51,669 nucleotides of DNA from Candidatus Hydrothermales bacterium (GTDB lineage: Bacteria > Hydrothermota > Hydrothermia > Hydrothermales > JAJRUZ01): the NCBI GenBank assembly GCA_039630575.1, contig JBCNUW010000013.1:1-51669 (forward strand), given 5' to 3'. Position numbers and translations under genes: made by a program. This document shows, piece after piece, positions 10,549-21,419 of this stretch; positions within the stretch are counted from its first letter, which is position 1, and the number at the start of each line of letters is the position of its first letter. Below the pieces are notes generated by a model that was not told the DNA's origin, ran no database searches, and worked only from the letters and a program-made list of their open reading frames with translations.

Positions 10549-11935
10549 TTTTCTTTTTCTTTTACTTATCTTAACTCTTTCAGTTTATAAAGCAGCTCCA
10601 ATTTCAATATGTCCTGACTTTTATTGGTATCTGATGGATGGAAAGTATTTTGTTGAAAATAAAAAGTTGCCACCTAACATTTATACGTACTTACCCAGTG
10701 AAAAATGGATTGCTCATTCATTAGCTTTTGAAGTCATACTCTATCTTGTTTATAAAAATTTTGGAAATATCGGTTTATATATTTTAAAGATAATTTTGCT
10801 TACAATTTTGTTTTCTCTTGTTATTTTTATGATCTACGAGAAAAACAAAATGGTTTTAAACTTTTTAATTATTTATTTTATGGTTTTCTCACTACTTTAC
10901 TGGGGAACCACAGTATTAAGACCCCATATTTTTACCTATATCTCAACTGCATTGACTCTAATAGCTTTTGAAAAAAAGCGATATGAATTTCTTCCTTTGA
11001 TTTTATTCTTTTTTTCTTTTTTTCACGCAGGAATTGTGGCATCAATAGTTATTTCTATTATTTTTTTTCTATACTTTTTATTTAAGAGAAAATTAAATGA
11101 GACAAAGAAAATATTTTTTTTCACGTTTTTAGGAATTTTTTTTATAATTATTTTCAATCCCTATCACTTGGATTACTTTGACTATATTATAAAAGCACTT
11201 TTTAAAAAGTCAAAAATTTGGGAAAGCTATATTTCTGAGTGGGAATCAATATTTATTTCTGCTTTTTGGGCTAAGGATTACTACGTTAGAGCCTTACTTT
11301 TAGTTCCTATTTTTTTAATAATCATATTCTTTATTATATCTCCGCGAAAAAAAGAAGCAATTGATACATTTCTTTTAATTTCTTTTTTTTACTCTTCTTT
11401 AAAACACGTAAGAAACATACCACTTTTTGGTCTTGTTTCAGCTTCGGTAATTTCTCCCTATTTGAATGAAATTTTAAAACCTGAAATAACATTTGAAAAA
11501 ATTGATAATAAAATACTTAAAATCTTATTTTTGTTAATCAATATTTTTATAATATTAAAGATAATTAATGAAAAAGAAAAGGTGATTATCGATAAAAACT
11601 TTTTTCCTGTTGAAGCAGTTGAATTCATAAAAAATTATAAAAAAGAGGGAAACATATTGTGTCCTTCTGACAGAGGAGGATATATACAATATATACTTTT
11701 CCCAAACTTCAAAATATCTGTTGATGGGAGATTAAGTGTTCCTGATACAACTCTTTTAGAGCATTTTAAATTTTGGAATTTAGAGATTGATCCTATGAAT
11801 TATATAAAAAAGTACCCAACAGAATTCATACTAACTGAGAATAAATTTCTTTTAACAAAAGTTTTAAAATTAAAAAAAGAAATCACTCTCATATATAGTG
11901 ATAAAAATTTCACTGTTTTTGAATTGAAAAGATAG
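10532..11935 (+). CDS. Polytopic membrane protein, GT-C-like
   Basis: PDFYW, LRPH, NPY, ISEW, GGYI...VDGR motifs and many transmembrane helices. Confidence 0.65.
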   Translation: MKLRGSFLFLLLILTLSVYKAAPISICPDFYWYLMDGKYFVENKKLPPNIYTYLPSEKWIAHSLAFEVILYLVYKNFGNIGLYILKIILLTILFSLVIFMIYEKNKMVLNFLIIYFMVFSLLYWGTTVLRPHIFTYISTALTLIAFEKKRYEFLPLILFFFSFFHAGIVASIVISIIFFLYFLFKRKLNETKKIFFFTFLGIFFIIIFNPYHLDYFDYIIKALFKKSKIWESYISEWESIFISAFWAKDYYVRALLLVPIFLIIIFFIISPRKKEAIDTFLLISFFYSSLKHVRNIPLFGLVSASVISPYLNEILKPEITFEKIDNKILKILFLLINIFIILKIINEKEKVIIDKNFFPVEAVEFIKNYKKEGNILCPSDRGGYIQYILFPNFKISVDGRLSVPDTTLLEHFKFWNLEIDPMNYIKKYPTEFILTENKFLLTKVLKLKKEITLIYSDKNFTVFELKR

Positions 11936-11985
11936 GATGTATAAATATTATAATTAAAATTGAAAAACAAAGGGAGGTTAATTTC

Positions 11986-13947
11986 ATGACAATATTAACT
12001 TTTTTAATAATAAACATTACACCAATATCTTACTGGACAGCTGGTAATTCAAGATATATTATTAAAAAAGACACACTTTTACATCTTCTATCTGGTGGAA
12101 CAGTTCTAACTTTTCGATTTGGAACTGGTATACCTCAATTTAAAAAAGAGATAACAGCAGAAGGTTCAATATTTGATATTGACTTTATAGGTGACACTGT
12201 ATTTTTGGCAGGAGAGTTTGGTCTAAAAATTTTAAATATTGAAAATCTTTCAAATCCAACATTTCTTGGAAATTATAGTGTCCAAAAGATCAATTCCTAT
12301 GAAAATTTATATCCTTACAGTTATGGTGTATCAACTGGAAAAATTAAGATTTTCAAACTAGATACTCCTGATTTACCTGAAACTCTTTTTACCTATTCCT
12401 TACCTGGATTTGTAAATAAAATTAAAATATATTCAAATTTAGGATTTGCACTTGCAGGAGATACTATATACATTTTAAATCTTCAAAATCCTACAAATCC
12501 TCAGATCTATAGTAGATTAAAGACAAGAGCTTACGTTAGAGATATTTATAAAAGAAATGATTCTCTTTTTATAGTAGCTGGTGACTCATTTAAAATCTAT
12601 AAAATTCAGAATCCTTCTTTTCCACAACATCTATACAGTTTTAAAACGTTAGGGTTTGGTGAAAGTTTTGAGCTATTTTCAAACCTTTCTATTATAGCTC
12701 TTGGTTTTTCAGGAGTTGGAATCTATAACATACTAACTGGGGCAGAAATAAATCATAACTATTCCTTTTCAAACTGCCTTTCACTCACAAAGATAGGTTC
12801 TTATATATACGTTGCAGACCTTGATCTTGGTCTTATAACTCTTTCCTATCCAACTCTTTTAGTCCTCGATACCTTTTCAACACCGCAAATAACTTATAGA
12901 TCAAAAGTTATATCTGATTCAATACTTGTTATGTCCTCTGGAACAGGTGGTGTCTTCTTCTTAAATATTAAGAACAAAGCAAAACCTTATTATCTGAGCT
13001 CAATAAATACACCAGGGAGTGCTTTTGATGTGGAAGTATATAACGACACAATACTTTTTGTAGCTGATGGAATTGAAGGATTAAGAATTTATAAAATTAA
13101 AAACATTTACTCGCCGATACAAACTGGGTACACCACAGTAAATGGTTATGTTAAGGCAATATCACTAAATTATCCTTTTATTTATAGTGCAAATGGACCA
13201 GGTTATGGTTTTTCAATTTTAAGTGTAAGTGATCCAACAAAACCGAGAGAAATAATAAACTTTCAAACAACTGGTAGTAGTGAAGATGTTCTTTTTTATC
13301 CGCCCTTTTATCTTATTTTAGCTGATGGATTTGCTGGAACAAAAATTTTTAATGTCCAAGACACACAAAACATTTTGCTATTAAATTCTCTTCCCACTTA
13401 TGGTAGTTCACAATCAATAAAATTAAGTGGTTATAGACTCGCAGTAGCTGAGGGTTGGGTTGGAGGTATTTCATTATGGGACATATCGAATATTTCAAAT
13501 CCTCAGTTTTACAGTAATTTTTCTACACCAGGTTTTGCCAACGATATAGAATTCATCCATCCTGACACACTAATTGTAGCTGATGGAACAGGTTATGGAC
13601 TAAGAAAAATCAGCATCTCAAATCCCTACAGTCCAACTGAGATTAGTTTCAAGCTTCTTTTTGGTGATCCAAGAGGTGTTTTCTATTCAAATGGTCTTCT
13701 TTATGCTTCTCTTGGTCCACTTGGTATAAGTATAATAAATCCTCACATCACATTTATAAAAGAAAATGATCTGTCATTTATTGAAAACAAAAAAGAAAAA
13801 AGGATTAGTTTTTTGAATTTGCCTTCATTTTTAAAGGAAGAAAACTCGTTTTTTAATTCATCAGGTAGAAAATCAAAGATAACTACTAAAGGAATTTATA
13901 TAAAAAAAGCTAAAGAGAATTTTTACAAAATTATAAACATAAAATAA
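11986..13947 (+). CDS. LVIVD-repeat secreted protein with short T9SS-like C-terminal domain
   Basis: Repeated VADG..GL.I..I.NP..P units; C-terminus FNSSGRK...GIYIK...KIINIK; SD GGGAGG. Confidence 0.85.
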   Translation: MTILTFLIINITPISYWTAGNSRYIIKKDTLLHLLSGGTVLTFRFGTGIPQFKKEITAEGSIFDIDFIGDTVFLAGEFGLKILNIENLSNPTFLGNYSVQKINSYENLYPYSYGVSTGKIKIFKLDTPDLPETLFTYSLPGFVNKIKIYSNLGFALAGDTIYILNLQNPTNPQIYSRLKTRAYVRDIYKRNDSLFIVAGDSFKIYKIQNPSFPQHLYSFKTLGFGESFELFSNLSIIALGFSGVGIYNILTGAEINHNYSFSNCLSLTKIGSYIYVADLDLGLITLSYPTLLVLDTFSTPQITYRSKVISDSILVMSSGTGGVFFLNIKNKAKPYYLSSINTPGSAFDVEVYNDTILFVADGIEGLRIYKIKNIYSPIQTGYTTVNGYVKAISLNYPFIYSANGPGYGFSILSVSDPTKPREIINFQTTGSSEDVLFYPPFYLILADGFAGTKIFNVQDTQNILLLNSLPTYGSSQSIKLSGYRLAVAEGWVGGISLWDISNISNPQFYSNFSTPGFANDIEFIHPDTLIVADGTGYGLRKISISNPYSPTEISFKLLFGDPRGVFYSNGLLYASLGPLGISIINPHITFIKENDLSFIENKKEKRISFLNLPSFLKEENSFFNSSGRKSKITTKGIYIKKAKENFYKIINIK

Positions 13948-13961
13948 GGTTCAATCCCTTA
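13945..13961 (+). promoter_or_regulatory. T-loop hairpin 1
   Basis: TAAGG-TTCAATC-CCTTA. Confidence 0.6.
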
Positions 13962-13977
13962 AAATAAAAGCAAAAAT

Positions 13978-15780
13978 ATGATAACTTCTTTAATAATTTC
14001 TGTAATTCTTTTGAATGAAGGATTTGAAGGAGGAAACTTGCCTTCAGGATGGAGAGTAGGAAATGGTGGAAATACATTACGCACTTGGAGGATAGCTCAG
14101 TATGGCGAATATTTTCCTGTAGAACCTCCTCAACAGGGTAATTACTACATCTTATGCGATACAAACTATGTACTTTATTACGATACTTTATTTACTCCAT
14201 CAATTGATGTTCCCTCAAATATTATAAAGCTTAAGTTACATTATAACATCTCTTTTCTTAAAGATACTGTTTCGCTTTCAAGAGGTGATATAGTTATTAA
14301 AACATTTACAGGGTCATGGAGCAATTGGATACAAGTAAAAACTTATGGAGGTAATGTTTTGCCTCTTTTTGTTAATCAGAGAGACTCTGTTGATTTACAG
14401 AGTTTTATAAATGCAGACAGCATAAAAATAGCTTTTGCCTACTATAAACCAGCTCAGGATACAGGATTCTTTATGCTTGACTATATAGTTGTTTCTGCTA
14501 AACTTGGTGGTGATGTTGGAGCAACCAAAATTTTGTCTCCTCTTGAATATTTTGAAGCAAATATACCTACACCTGTAAAAATAGAGTTTCAAAATTTTTC
14601 AAACAACATTTTGAGTTTTTATGTCAAATGCGAAATAAGAGACAGTTTGACTGGAGTAAGAGCGTATAGGGATAGTAGTTATGTTACGATAAACCCTCTA
14701 AGAAAGGACACAATCCAGTTATCAAACTTCACAGGTCAAACTGAAAGAACTTATCGTGTTTTAGGATGGACAAACTTAATTGGAGATCCTGATCCTACAA
14801 ACGATACAGTAAAGACTTATTCAAGAACAAAGCCCTTTTTTGGTGCAATAATAAAGGAAATTCCTCTTCCTTTTAATTCCACAGCCTTTCAGGACATAAC
14901 TTTTAAAACAGGTGATAATTTAATATTTGTTGTTAATTCAGAAAAAGATACAGTTTTTTCTTTGGATGATAATGGAAATGTAATTTCAAAGTTTAAACTT
15001 GTAGATTTCTCCCAAGGAACTACAACTGATGTTCCTTTTGGTATTTTTTATGACAGAGAAAGTGGAACCTTCTACACATCACAGATAGGTGTTCCTCAGG
15101 GTGGTGGTTCTCCACTCTGGTGTTATTTAGCTCATTATACTTCTACCTTCAGTTTGATTGACAGCTTTAATACTCAAGGTAAGGGACTTGGTTTTTATAT
15201 CTTTGCTTTGAGTGACGCTCAAGGAGAAAATTTGGGTTTTATGCATAGAGCTATCTATCCTTCTAGATACAGAATATATAAACTTAATTTTCTTAACGAA
15301 GCTAATCCAAAAGTAGATTCATTAAATCTTACTCAACCTTTATATTTTTTAGCTGGAGCTTTAGAAGCAATAAGTGATACAATCTTTATTTCATCGGGAA
15401 TGGGTTTAGCTGAAATAAAGCTCTTTACAAAATCAGGTATAGTATTAAAAAGCAAAACTTTTGATGGTGAGGTAAGAGGTATAACCGTAGAGAGAAGAAT
15501 TGTAGGTGAGTATATAAATGCTTATGTGAATGTTGGAGGATATAAAATTTATAAGATTTCTACAGGTTTAAAGTGGTCAAGTGATATTGTTGAAAAAGAG
15601 AAACTACCCACAAATGACATGATTAAAACTTTTATAACAAGTCATGAGGATATTCTCAAATTAAAAATGAAATTCAGTTTAATTGACATTTCAGGAAGGA
15701 TAGTTAAAAACTCTAAAGTCAGTAAAATATTGTATATCAAAGATGGAAACAAAAAACATAAGGTTATTTTACTGAAATAA
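13978..15780 (+). CDS. Secreted multidomain protein (jelly-roll-like, CARDB-like, propeller-like) with T9SS-like C-terminal domain
   Basis: LNEGFEGG.LPSGW start, DVGATKILSP, GDPDPTNDT, C-terminal IDISGR...KVILLK. Confidence 0.75.
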   Translation: MITSLIISVILLNEGFEGGNLPSGWRVGNGGNTLRTWRIAQYGEYFPVEPPQQGNYYILCDTNYVLYYDTLFTPSIDVPSNIIKLKLHYNISFLKDTVSLSRGDIVIKTFTGSWSNWIQVKTYGGNVLPLFVNQRDSVDLQSFINADSIKIAFAYYKPAQDTGFFMLDYIVVSAKLGGDVGATKILSPLEYFEANIPTPVKIEFQNFSNNILSFYVKCEIRDSLTGVRAYRDSSYVTINPLRKDTIQLSNFTGQTERTYRVLGWTNLIGDPDPTNDTVKTYSRTKPFFGAIIKEIPLPFNSTAFQDITFKTGDNLIFVVNSEKDTVFSLDDNGNVISKFKLVDFSQGTTTDVPFGIFYDRESGTFYTSQIGVPQGGGSPLWCYLAHYTSTFSLIDSFNTQGKGLGFYIFALSDAQGENLGFMHRAIYPSRYRIYKLNFLNEANPKVDSLNLTQPLYFLAGALEAISDTIFISSGMGLAEIKLFTKSGIVLKSKTFDGEVRGITVERRIVGEYINAYVNVGGYKIYKISTGLKWSSDIVEKEKLPTNDMIKTFITSHEDILKLKMKFSLIDISGRIVKNSKVSKILYIKDGNKKHKVILLK

Positions 15781-16741
15781 TTTCAAAGCGGGATAAAAAG
15801 TTAGCTTTTTGAAGCGAAATTAAATAGGGATAATATAACCATTTAGCTTCTATACCCCCTTTGTATAAAACTTCTTTCTTAAAAAGTACTTTATTTTCTT
15901 TTACTTTTAAAAAAAGAATTTTTACTGGTATCATTTCTTCAGAAAGACTCAATAAAACAAAAAGGGTATCTGAAAGAGTTATAAAAGATGGTTTAATTAT
16001 TATATGATAATCAGAATCAAAAAGGAGGTTTAAGTTTAAAAGAGAATCAATAATGTAAACCTTTTCAGGTAAAAGATCTTGATCTTTGTCTGTTAATAAA
16101 AACATGAATCGGTTTTCCTTATCCATTTCAAGAACAGGCTCCTTGTTAAAAAAAAGATCTTTTTTTCCATCTTTATTTATTTTAAAAAGGGAATTAATTT
16201 TACCATCTTCAGATCCATGAAGAAAAAAAATATTTGAATAGAAAATTAATGGGTAAACACCGTTTGTGATTTCTTTTTTTTCACCATTTTTTGTGATGAA
16301 AATTTTTCCCCTAAGATCAAGTAAAAAACTATTTTCTATTGTGGTATCATAAAAATCAAACCTATAGAAAAAAATATTTTTACCATCAACTTCAAAAGTT
16401 TTTTTAATTTTATTACGTCTAAAATAAAAAATTTTTTTTAACTTTCTTGTTTTCTTATCTCCCAAATAATCATAAAGAGGAAAATACAATATAAAATCAT
16501 TTTTTATTTTTTTAAATTTTATATCTCCAATTCCTTTATCATAACTAAATATTTTGTGAATCTTACCATTTTTCTTTTTAATGTCAAATTTAAATAATTT
16601 TATTTCCTCAGCAAAATTGTTATAATCTTTATCTAAAGTATAAAAGAGAAATAGAGAATCACCTTTAGTGACTGGTATCCAACTTCTAACATAACCTCTC
16701 TCTTCTATTAAAAAATAAAATATTAGATAAAAAATGAACAT
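15764..16741 (-). CDS. Hypothetical exported protein
   Basis: 325-aa ORF with a short hydrophobic N-terminus. Confidence 0.6.
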   Translation of the reverse strand: MFIFYLIFYFLIEERGYVRSWIPVTKGDSLFLFYTLDKDYNNFAEEIKLFKFDIKKKNGKIHKIFSYDKGIGDIKFKKIKNDFILYFPLYDYLGDKKTRKLKKIFYFRRNKIKKTFEVDGKNIFFYRFDFYDTTIENSFLLDLRGKIFITKNGEKKEITNGVYPLIFYSNIFFLHGSEDGKINSLFKINKDGKKDLFFNKEPVLEMDKENRFMFLLTDKDQDLLPEKVYIIDSLLNLNLLFDSDYHIIIKPSFITLSDTLFVLLSLSEEMIPVKILFLKVKENKVLFKKEVLYKGGIEAKWLYYPYLISLQKANFLSRFEIISVK

Positions 16742-16751
16742 TTTTAAATAA

Positions 16752-16776
16752 AAAGGGGGGGATTTAACCCCCCTTT
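16752..16776 (-). terminator. Intrinsic terminator-like hairpin with T-loop-like loop (hairpin 2)
   Basis: AAAGGGGGG-TTAAATC-CCCCCCTTT followed by a T-rich tract, downstream of 16806-17471. Confidence 0.7.
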
Positions 16777-16805
16777 AAATATTTTATTTTACTTTAAAAA
16801 ATTAA

Positions 16806-17471
16806 TTAAAACTGGTAGGAAGCTGTTAAAACTGGATTCCAGCCAAAAGCCCCATTAGAAAATTCATGGTCTGTTGTAATATTAATAGTAACTCCTCCTG
16901 TCTCACTTGTCCAGATTACGAAACCTGCGTTAAAGGCAACATGCTTATCTTCGTCACCATACTCATAACTCATCATAATTGTATCAAGGTGATTATTAAT
17001 ATAAACTATGCTCAGAACACCAAGGACATCAGCTCCAGCTATAGAACCTGAGAATCCTGCGTATCCAGCAGCTCCGATGTACCCACCAAGACTGATAGCA
17101 TATGCTAGATTACCGGCTACCCATAGGTCGATCTTAGGTTTATACATAAATTTCCCTCTTGCCTTACAACTTACATTAGAAAGATCTACACCTACAAGTT
17201 CCTCAATATATCCTATAAGTTTATCACAAGGAAGAGGAAATTCAAGTCCACCACCAGAAAGTGTTTTCATTTCATTTAAAAATTTCTCATCACTTGCCAT
17301 AGTCTTTATTACTCTTTCAAAATCCGCTTCATTTATAGCATATCCACCCATATTCTGGATTTCTTGAGCAGTAGCAAATCTTATACCAGGTTCATTATTA
17401 AGATGGTCAGTTTTTTTACAACCACTTAGTAAAAATATTAGTACTAATCCCCCTGTTAGTATCCTTTTCAT
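16806..17471 (-). CDS. Lipoprotein of unknown function
   Basis: Lipobox MKRILTGGLVLIFLLSG-C; SD AGGAGG. Confidence 0.8.
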   Translation of the reverse strand: MKRILTGGLVLIFLLSGCKKTDHLNNEPGIRFATAQEIQNMGGYAINEADFERVIKTMASDEKFLNEMKTLSGGGLEFPLPCDKLIGYIEELVGVDLSNVSCKARGKFMYKPKIDLWVAGNLAYAISLGGYIGAAGYAGFSGSIAGADVLGVLSIVYINNHLDTIMMSYEYGDEDKHVAFNAGFVIWTSETGGVTINITTDHEFSNGAFGWNPVLTASYQF

Positions 17472-17502
17472 ATCCTATACCTCCTATATAACTACTTTAA
17501 TT

Positions 17503-17517
17503 TGGGATTTGAACCCA
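17503..17517 (-). promoter_or_regulatory. T-loop hairpin 3
   Basis: TGGG-TTCAAAT-CCCA on the minus strand. Confidence 0.6.
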
Positions 17518-17527
17518 TTCATTTTAC

Positions 17528-20488
17528 TTATTTTATTATAATTATCTTATTTTTTTCCTTATTATCAATAGGCACAATGAAATATACTCCTGTCCCGTAT
17601 TTTTTAAAGGTTTTTAACTCTGAACCTGTAAGTTTCCTACCTGTAATATCGTAAATATTTATCAAAAGATTTTGGTCATTCAGTAGTTCCTGAGATTTTA
17701 TATTACCTATAAATTTAACTCCGTTATCATTTTTAAGACCAAATACGTTAAATGAAGACTGTACGGGAACAAACTCAATGGAGGTATTACTTCTTGGGAG
17801 AACACTTCCACTTCCATAGGCGTAAAGATGAGCTACAGCACCATTCGCATCTTCAATACCAACTGCTGTAACATATTCATCAGTTACACTCTGATAATTA
17901 AATCTTATTGTCCCGTTGCTATAAAGAATAACCTGGAAAGTCTGTTTGTTATTATTAGAGTAATTTTTAATTCTGTACCACGTTACAGCAAAATAAGAAG
18001 AATTTGAAGCATATGTTATTTTTGCACCTTGAGTTGTATCAGGTGGATAAAGATCTCTCCAATAAGGTGCAATTACAGCGTTTGGTGCTGTTGAATTTGG
18101 CATCTGTTGAGGAGTATAGGTCGTTGAATTAGATGTAAAAGAAAGCCATCCGTTACTACAGACATATACTGAATTGTAGTTAGAACCAAAAAAGGTAAAA
18201 TTGAAAGGTAAGGTAAATCTTATTGTTTGATCATCTCCAGTTATTCCTGTTGGTGTTGTTGTTGTAATCCATGAATAACTCACCTGTCTCATGTTGTATC
18301 TTGCATTAGATCCGCCTATTCCATGTCTTGCAAAAGCCTGAATTATCTTACTTTCATTTGCACCATTATAAAGATCCTTATCAGCTTGTATCATTGCATT
18401 TCTTCCAGCTAAAAAGTCCTTAGGATAATATGCATAGGCTCTCCATGTCACTCGGTCAGCTGTTGTCTTATCTGTATAAGTCCTAAAATCCCAAAGAGCC
18501 CCAGAATATATTCTTGAATCATCGTGAACTTGACCCACATAATGATCCGGATACTTGTAGTCATTTTGAAGGTTTCTTTGATATTGGGAGGGCATAACCC
18601 ATTCACCCATAACTGGATCTCCAAATTGGGTACATGCCCAATAATCTGCCCAAGCTTCATTCATAGCACCAGGCTGATCTCTATATGGTAATCCACCAGC
18701 ATTCGCGTAAACCTTGTCAACAACACCATGATTGTATTCATGATAAATTACATCAGCAGATCTTGCCAGATTCTGAATCTGATAACTTGAATTACCTCTA
18801 CCAAAATGCATGGTTCCATTGTAATAGTAAGCATTAGCACCCTGATAGTTTCTATCTACTGAATGAGAGTAAACAGTTGCTTGAATCTGATAATCCATTC
18901 CTGTAAATCCAAAGTTACCCTTGAAAAAGTCATGGATCTTATTTACATGGTAGAAAACCATAACCTCTGTAGTATGCTTTCCTTCTGTTGACTCATCTGA
19001 GGGGTACTTCCATTCCCAGGATACCTCACTTCCACTACTACCCTGTTGAGGTATCAATCTATAGGCACTGTTATTCGATGGGGTAGGAACCGTTACTCCA
19101 ACTGTTCCACCTTCATTCTCAATTCCTCTTGCTGTTGTGTAATCGTTGGTTATAGACTTATATCTAAATTCAATTGTACCATTAGGATATAAAACTACTT
19201 GAAAGCTTTGTCTGTTTGTATTACCATAATTTTTAATGTTATCCCATGTAACTACAAACTTGTCTGATCCAGAATAATAAGTTATTGACCCTCCACCAGC
19301 AGCAGGATTAAGATCCCTCCAGAAAGGAGCTATAAGAGCATTAGGAGCATTTGAGTTAGGAATCTGATCAGGAGTGTATTTGTTTGAATTGGAAGTAAAG
19401 CTCATAAATCCATTTGTGCATATATAAATAGAGTTATAATTTTTCCCATAAAAGGGGAATGAAAAAGGAAGAGAAAACTGCAGTGTTTGATCATCACCTG
19501 TTAAACCAGTTGCTGTACTTGTATTGTCCCATGCATAGGATACACTTTGCAGAGTGTATGTAACTCCTTGAGAAGTAAAAACTGCTCTTCCAGGTGGATT
19601 ATCATCAATAAGAACTTTTACATAGGGACCTTCAAGGTAGGCTGTTATGCTTCCAGATGCTGAACTTGAGTAGTATCCACTTGCATTTGTTGTTGCTGTA
19701 GAACTTCCAATATACACATACTGATTTGCCATAGGATATTTCTGAAGAGCATCAGCACCTGTACTAGGAAAACACCAACCATGAACATAACCTGAAACTG
19801 TTTTTAACTCATTTCTCCTTTCAATGATTGAACCCCTTATTGCATCAACATAATAAATAAAATCTCCAAGTGGCACCTCTGAGAAAAATCTCACTTTATA
19901 GGCAAGAATGAGTGAACTTTCGTAAGGATAGTAAACAAGCTCAACCTTTAAGTCTCTAGGTTCACTTCTTAAGTCTAAATCTCTGTATATAATACCTAAA
20001 ACTTCTCCTTCTTTAATGTTTGGCTCTGTTAAAAGAGGGGAACCATCGTAGGGAAAATAATATGAGGAAACATAATATATATTTCCTCTTCTGTTCACAT
20101 GAATTCCGACAAAAGAATTTTCAACCCTTATACCGTTTATAACTTCTTCAAAGCTTACATGAGTGTTGCCTACCTCATCTTCTTTAACCTCTCAAAGAGA
20201 AAGATTTTTAGGATCTATTCCTAAAAGATAGCCTTTTTGTCCTAAGAAATTATAAATCTTTTCAATGGCATTTTTACCTGGAATAGAAAGCTCAAAATCA
20301 GAGATTAATCTTGGAAAACCAAAGTCCCCATTTAAAACATCAGCGTTCATTCCGAATTCATGATAGATATTTTCACTTATATAGGATGGAGCATACTTTA
20401 CACAAGGTTTTAAAAGATCTTTTGGTGGAACATAAATTTTATTAAACTCTCCATTTGATATGAAAGTAAAGAGTAAAAATTTAAACAT
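17528..20488 (-). CDS. M4/M36-type secreted zinc metalloprotease (FTP/PepSY propeptide, two NIDO-like domains, T9SS-like CTD), interrupted by one in-frame TGA at 20192-20194
   Basis: ORFs 20192-20488 and 17528-20098 are in the same frame; the linker reads EVKEDEVGNTHVSFEEVINGIRVENSFVGIH (FTP-like). HEYNH, MNEAWAD and VHDDS motifs. Confidence 0.85.
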
Positions 20489-20510
20489 AATTAAAGAAAA
20501 TAAATGTAAG

Positions 20511-20525
20511 AGAGAATTGAACTCC
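20511..20525 (-). promoter_or_regulatory. T-loop hairpin 4
   Basis: GGAG-TTCAATT-CTCT on the minus strand (one G-U pair). Confidence 0.5.
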
Positions 20526-20534
20526 TTTTAAATT

Positions 20535-21080
20535 TCATTTTATTAAATCTATTAAAATTCCAAGGAAGGTACCTAACGCTATAGCTAAAGAATAGGGGAT
20601 ATGCAATCTAAAACTTTTTTCTTTATTATAGAAGCAGTTACTTTTTATAAAAAAGGAATTAAGAACATTTTTAAAACCCTCTTTTCCTTCCTTAACGATT
20701 CCCTTTAGAACCATAAAAGTGCTTCTTTTTAAAAAAGAATAAACTAAAGATATTAAAAGACCAGCTATTGAAGTTAAAAATATAACCCATAAAATTAAAG
20801 GGTAACCTAACCAGGATCCAATACCTGTGAGTAATTTAACGTCCCCTCCTCCGACACCACCTAGTTGAAAAAAAATATAAAAAAAAGCAAAAGCAAAAAA
20901 AGCACCAATTAAAGAGCTTACAAAACCCTCAAACTTATTAAAAATAAAATTATATACAAAACCTGAAAAGAAAAGTGGAAAAGTTACTTTATTAAAAATT
21001 TTACCGTACCTTAAATCTGTGTAAACAGAAATAAAAGTTGCTAATCCTACAATTTGAAACTTAATAATTTCTTGAATCAT
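20535..21080 (-). CDS. cpaA: A24 prepilin peptidase (TadV/CpaA)
   Basis: TDLRYGKIFN, GGVGGGDVKL, IPYSLAI. Confidence 0.95.
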   Translation of the reverse strand: MIQEIIKFQIVGLATFISVYTDLRYGKIFNKVTFPLFFSGFVYNFIFNKFEGFVSSLIGAFFAFAFFYIFFQLGGVGGGDVKLLTGIGSWLGYPLILWVIFLTSIAGLLISLVYSFLKRSTFMVLKGIVKEGKEGFKNVLNSFFIKSNCFYNKEKSFRLHIPYSLAIALGTFLGILIDLIK

Positions 21081-21250
21081 TCAGGGCCTGCCTGAACAGT
21101 CATCAGTTTATATCTCATCCACACAATTATTTTATGTACTTCTCTTCCGAGAGCTTTATATGCAGCAAAGGCAAAAAGGGCTATAAGCCCTATTATCATT
21201 GCATATTCAACAGCGGTAGCTCCTTTTTCATTATAAATTAATCTCCTCAT
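21077..21250 (-). CDS. flp: Flp pilin (57 aa)
   Basis: MRRLIYNEKG/ATAVEYAMIIGLIALFAFAAYKALGREVHKIIVWMRYKLMTVQAGPE; ATGA overlap with cpaA. Confidence 0.92.
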   Translation of the reverse strand: MRRLIYNEKGATAVEYAMIIGLIALFAFAAYKALGREVHKIIVWMRYKLMTVQAGPE

Positions 21251-21254
21251 AATT

Positions 21255-21419
21255 CTAACCCCCAGCTTTTGTAATCTGATTCCACATATTTTCTATAACC
21301 TTATAAGTAACCCTACTAAGTGCTCTGTAGGCTGCAAATGCATAAAGAGAAATTAAACCAATTAGTATTGCATACTCAACAGCAGATGCACCTTTCTCAT
21401 TAAATAGTAATTCTTTCAT
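21255..21419 (-). CDS. flp: Flp pilin (54 aa)
   Basis: MKELLFNEKG/ASAVEYAILIGLISLYAFAAYRALSRVTYKVIENMWNQITKAGG. Confidence 0.92.
   Translation of the reverse strand: MKELLFNEKGASAVEYAILIGLISLYAFAAYRALSRVTYKVIENMWNQITKAGG

Noticed and set aside
20192..20194. Genome-wide TGA reassignment (genetic code 4 or 25)
   Set aside because: Many conserved genes (clpP, tig, smpB, rpsQ, pilins) end properly at TGA with ATGA overlaps.
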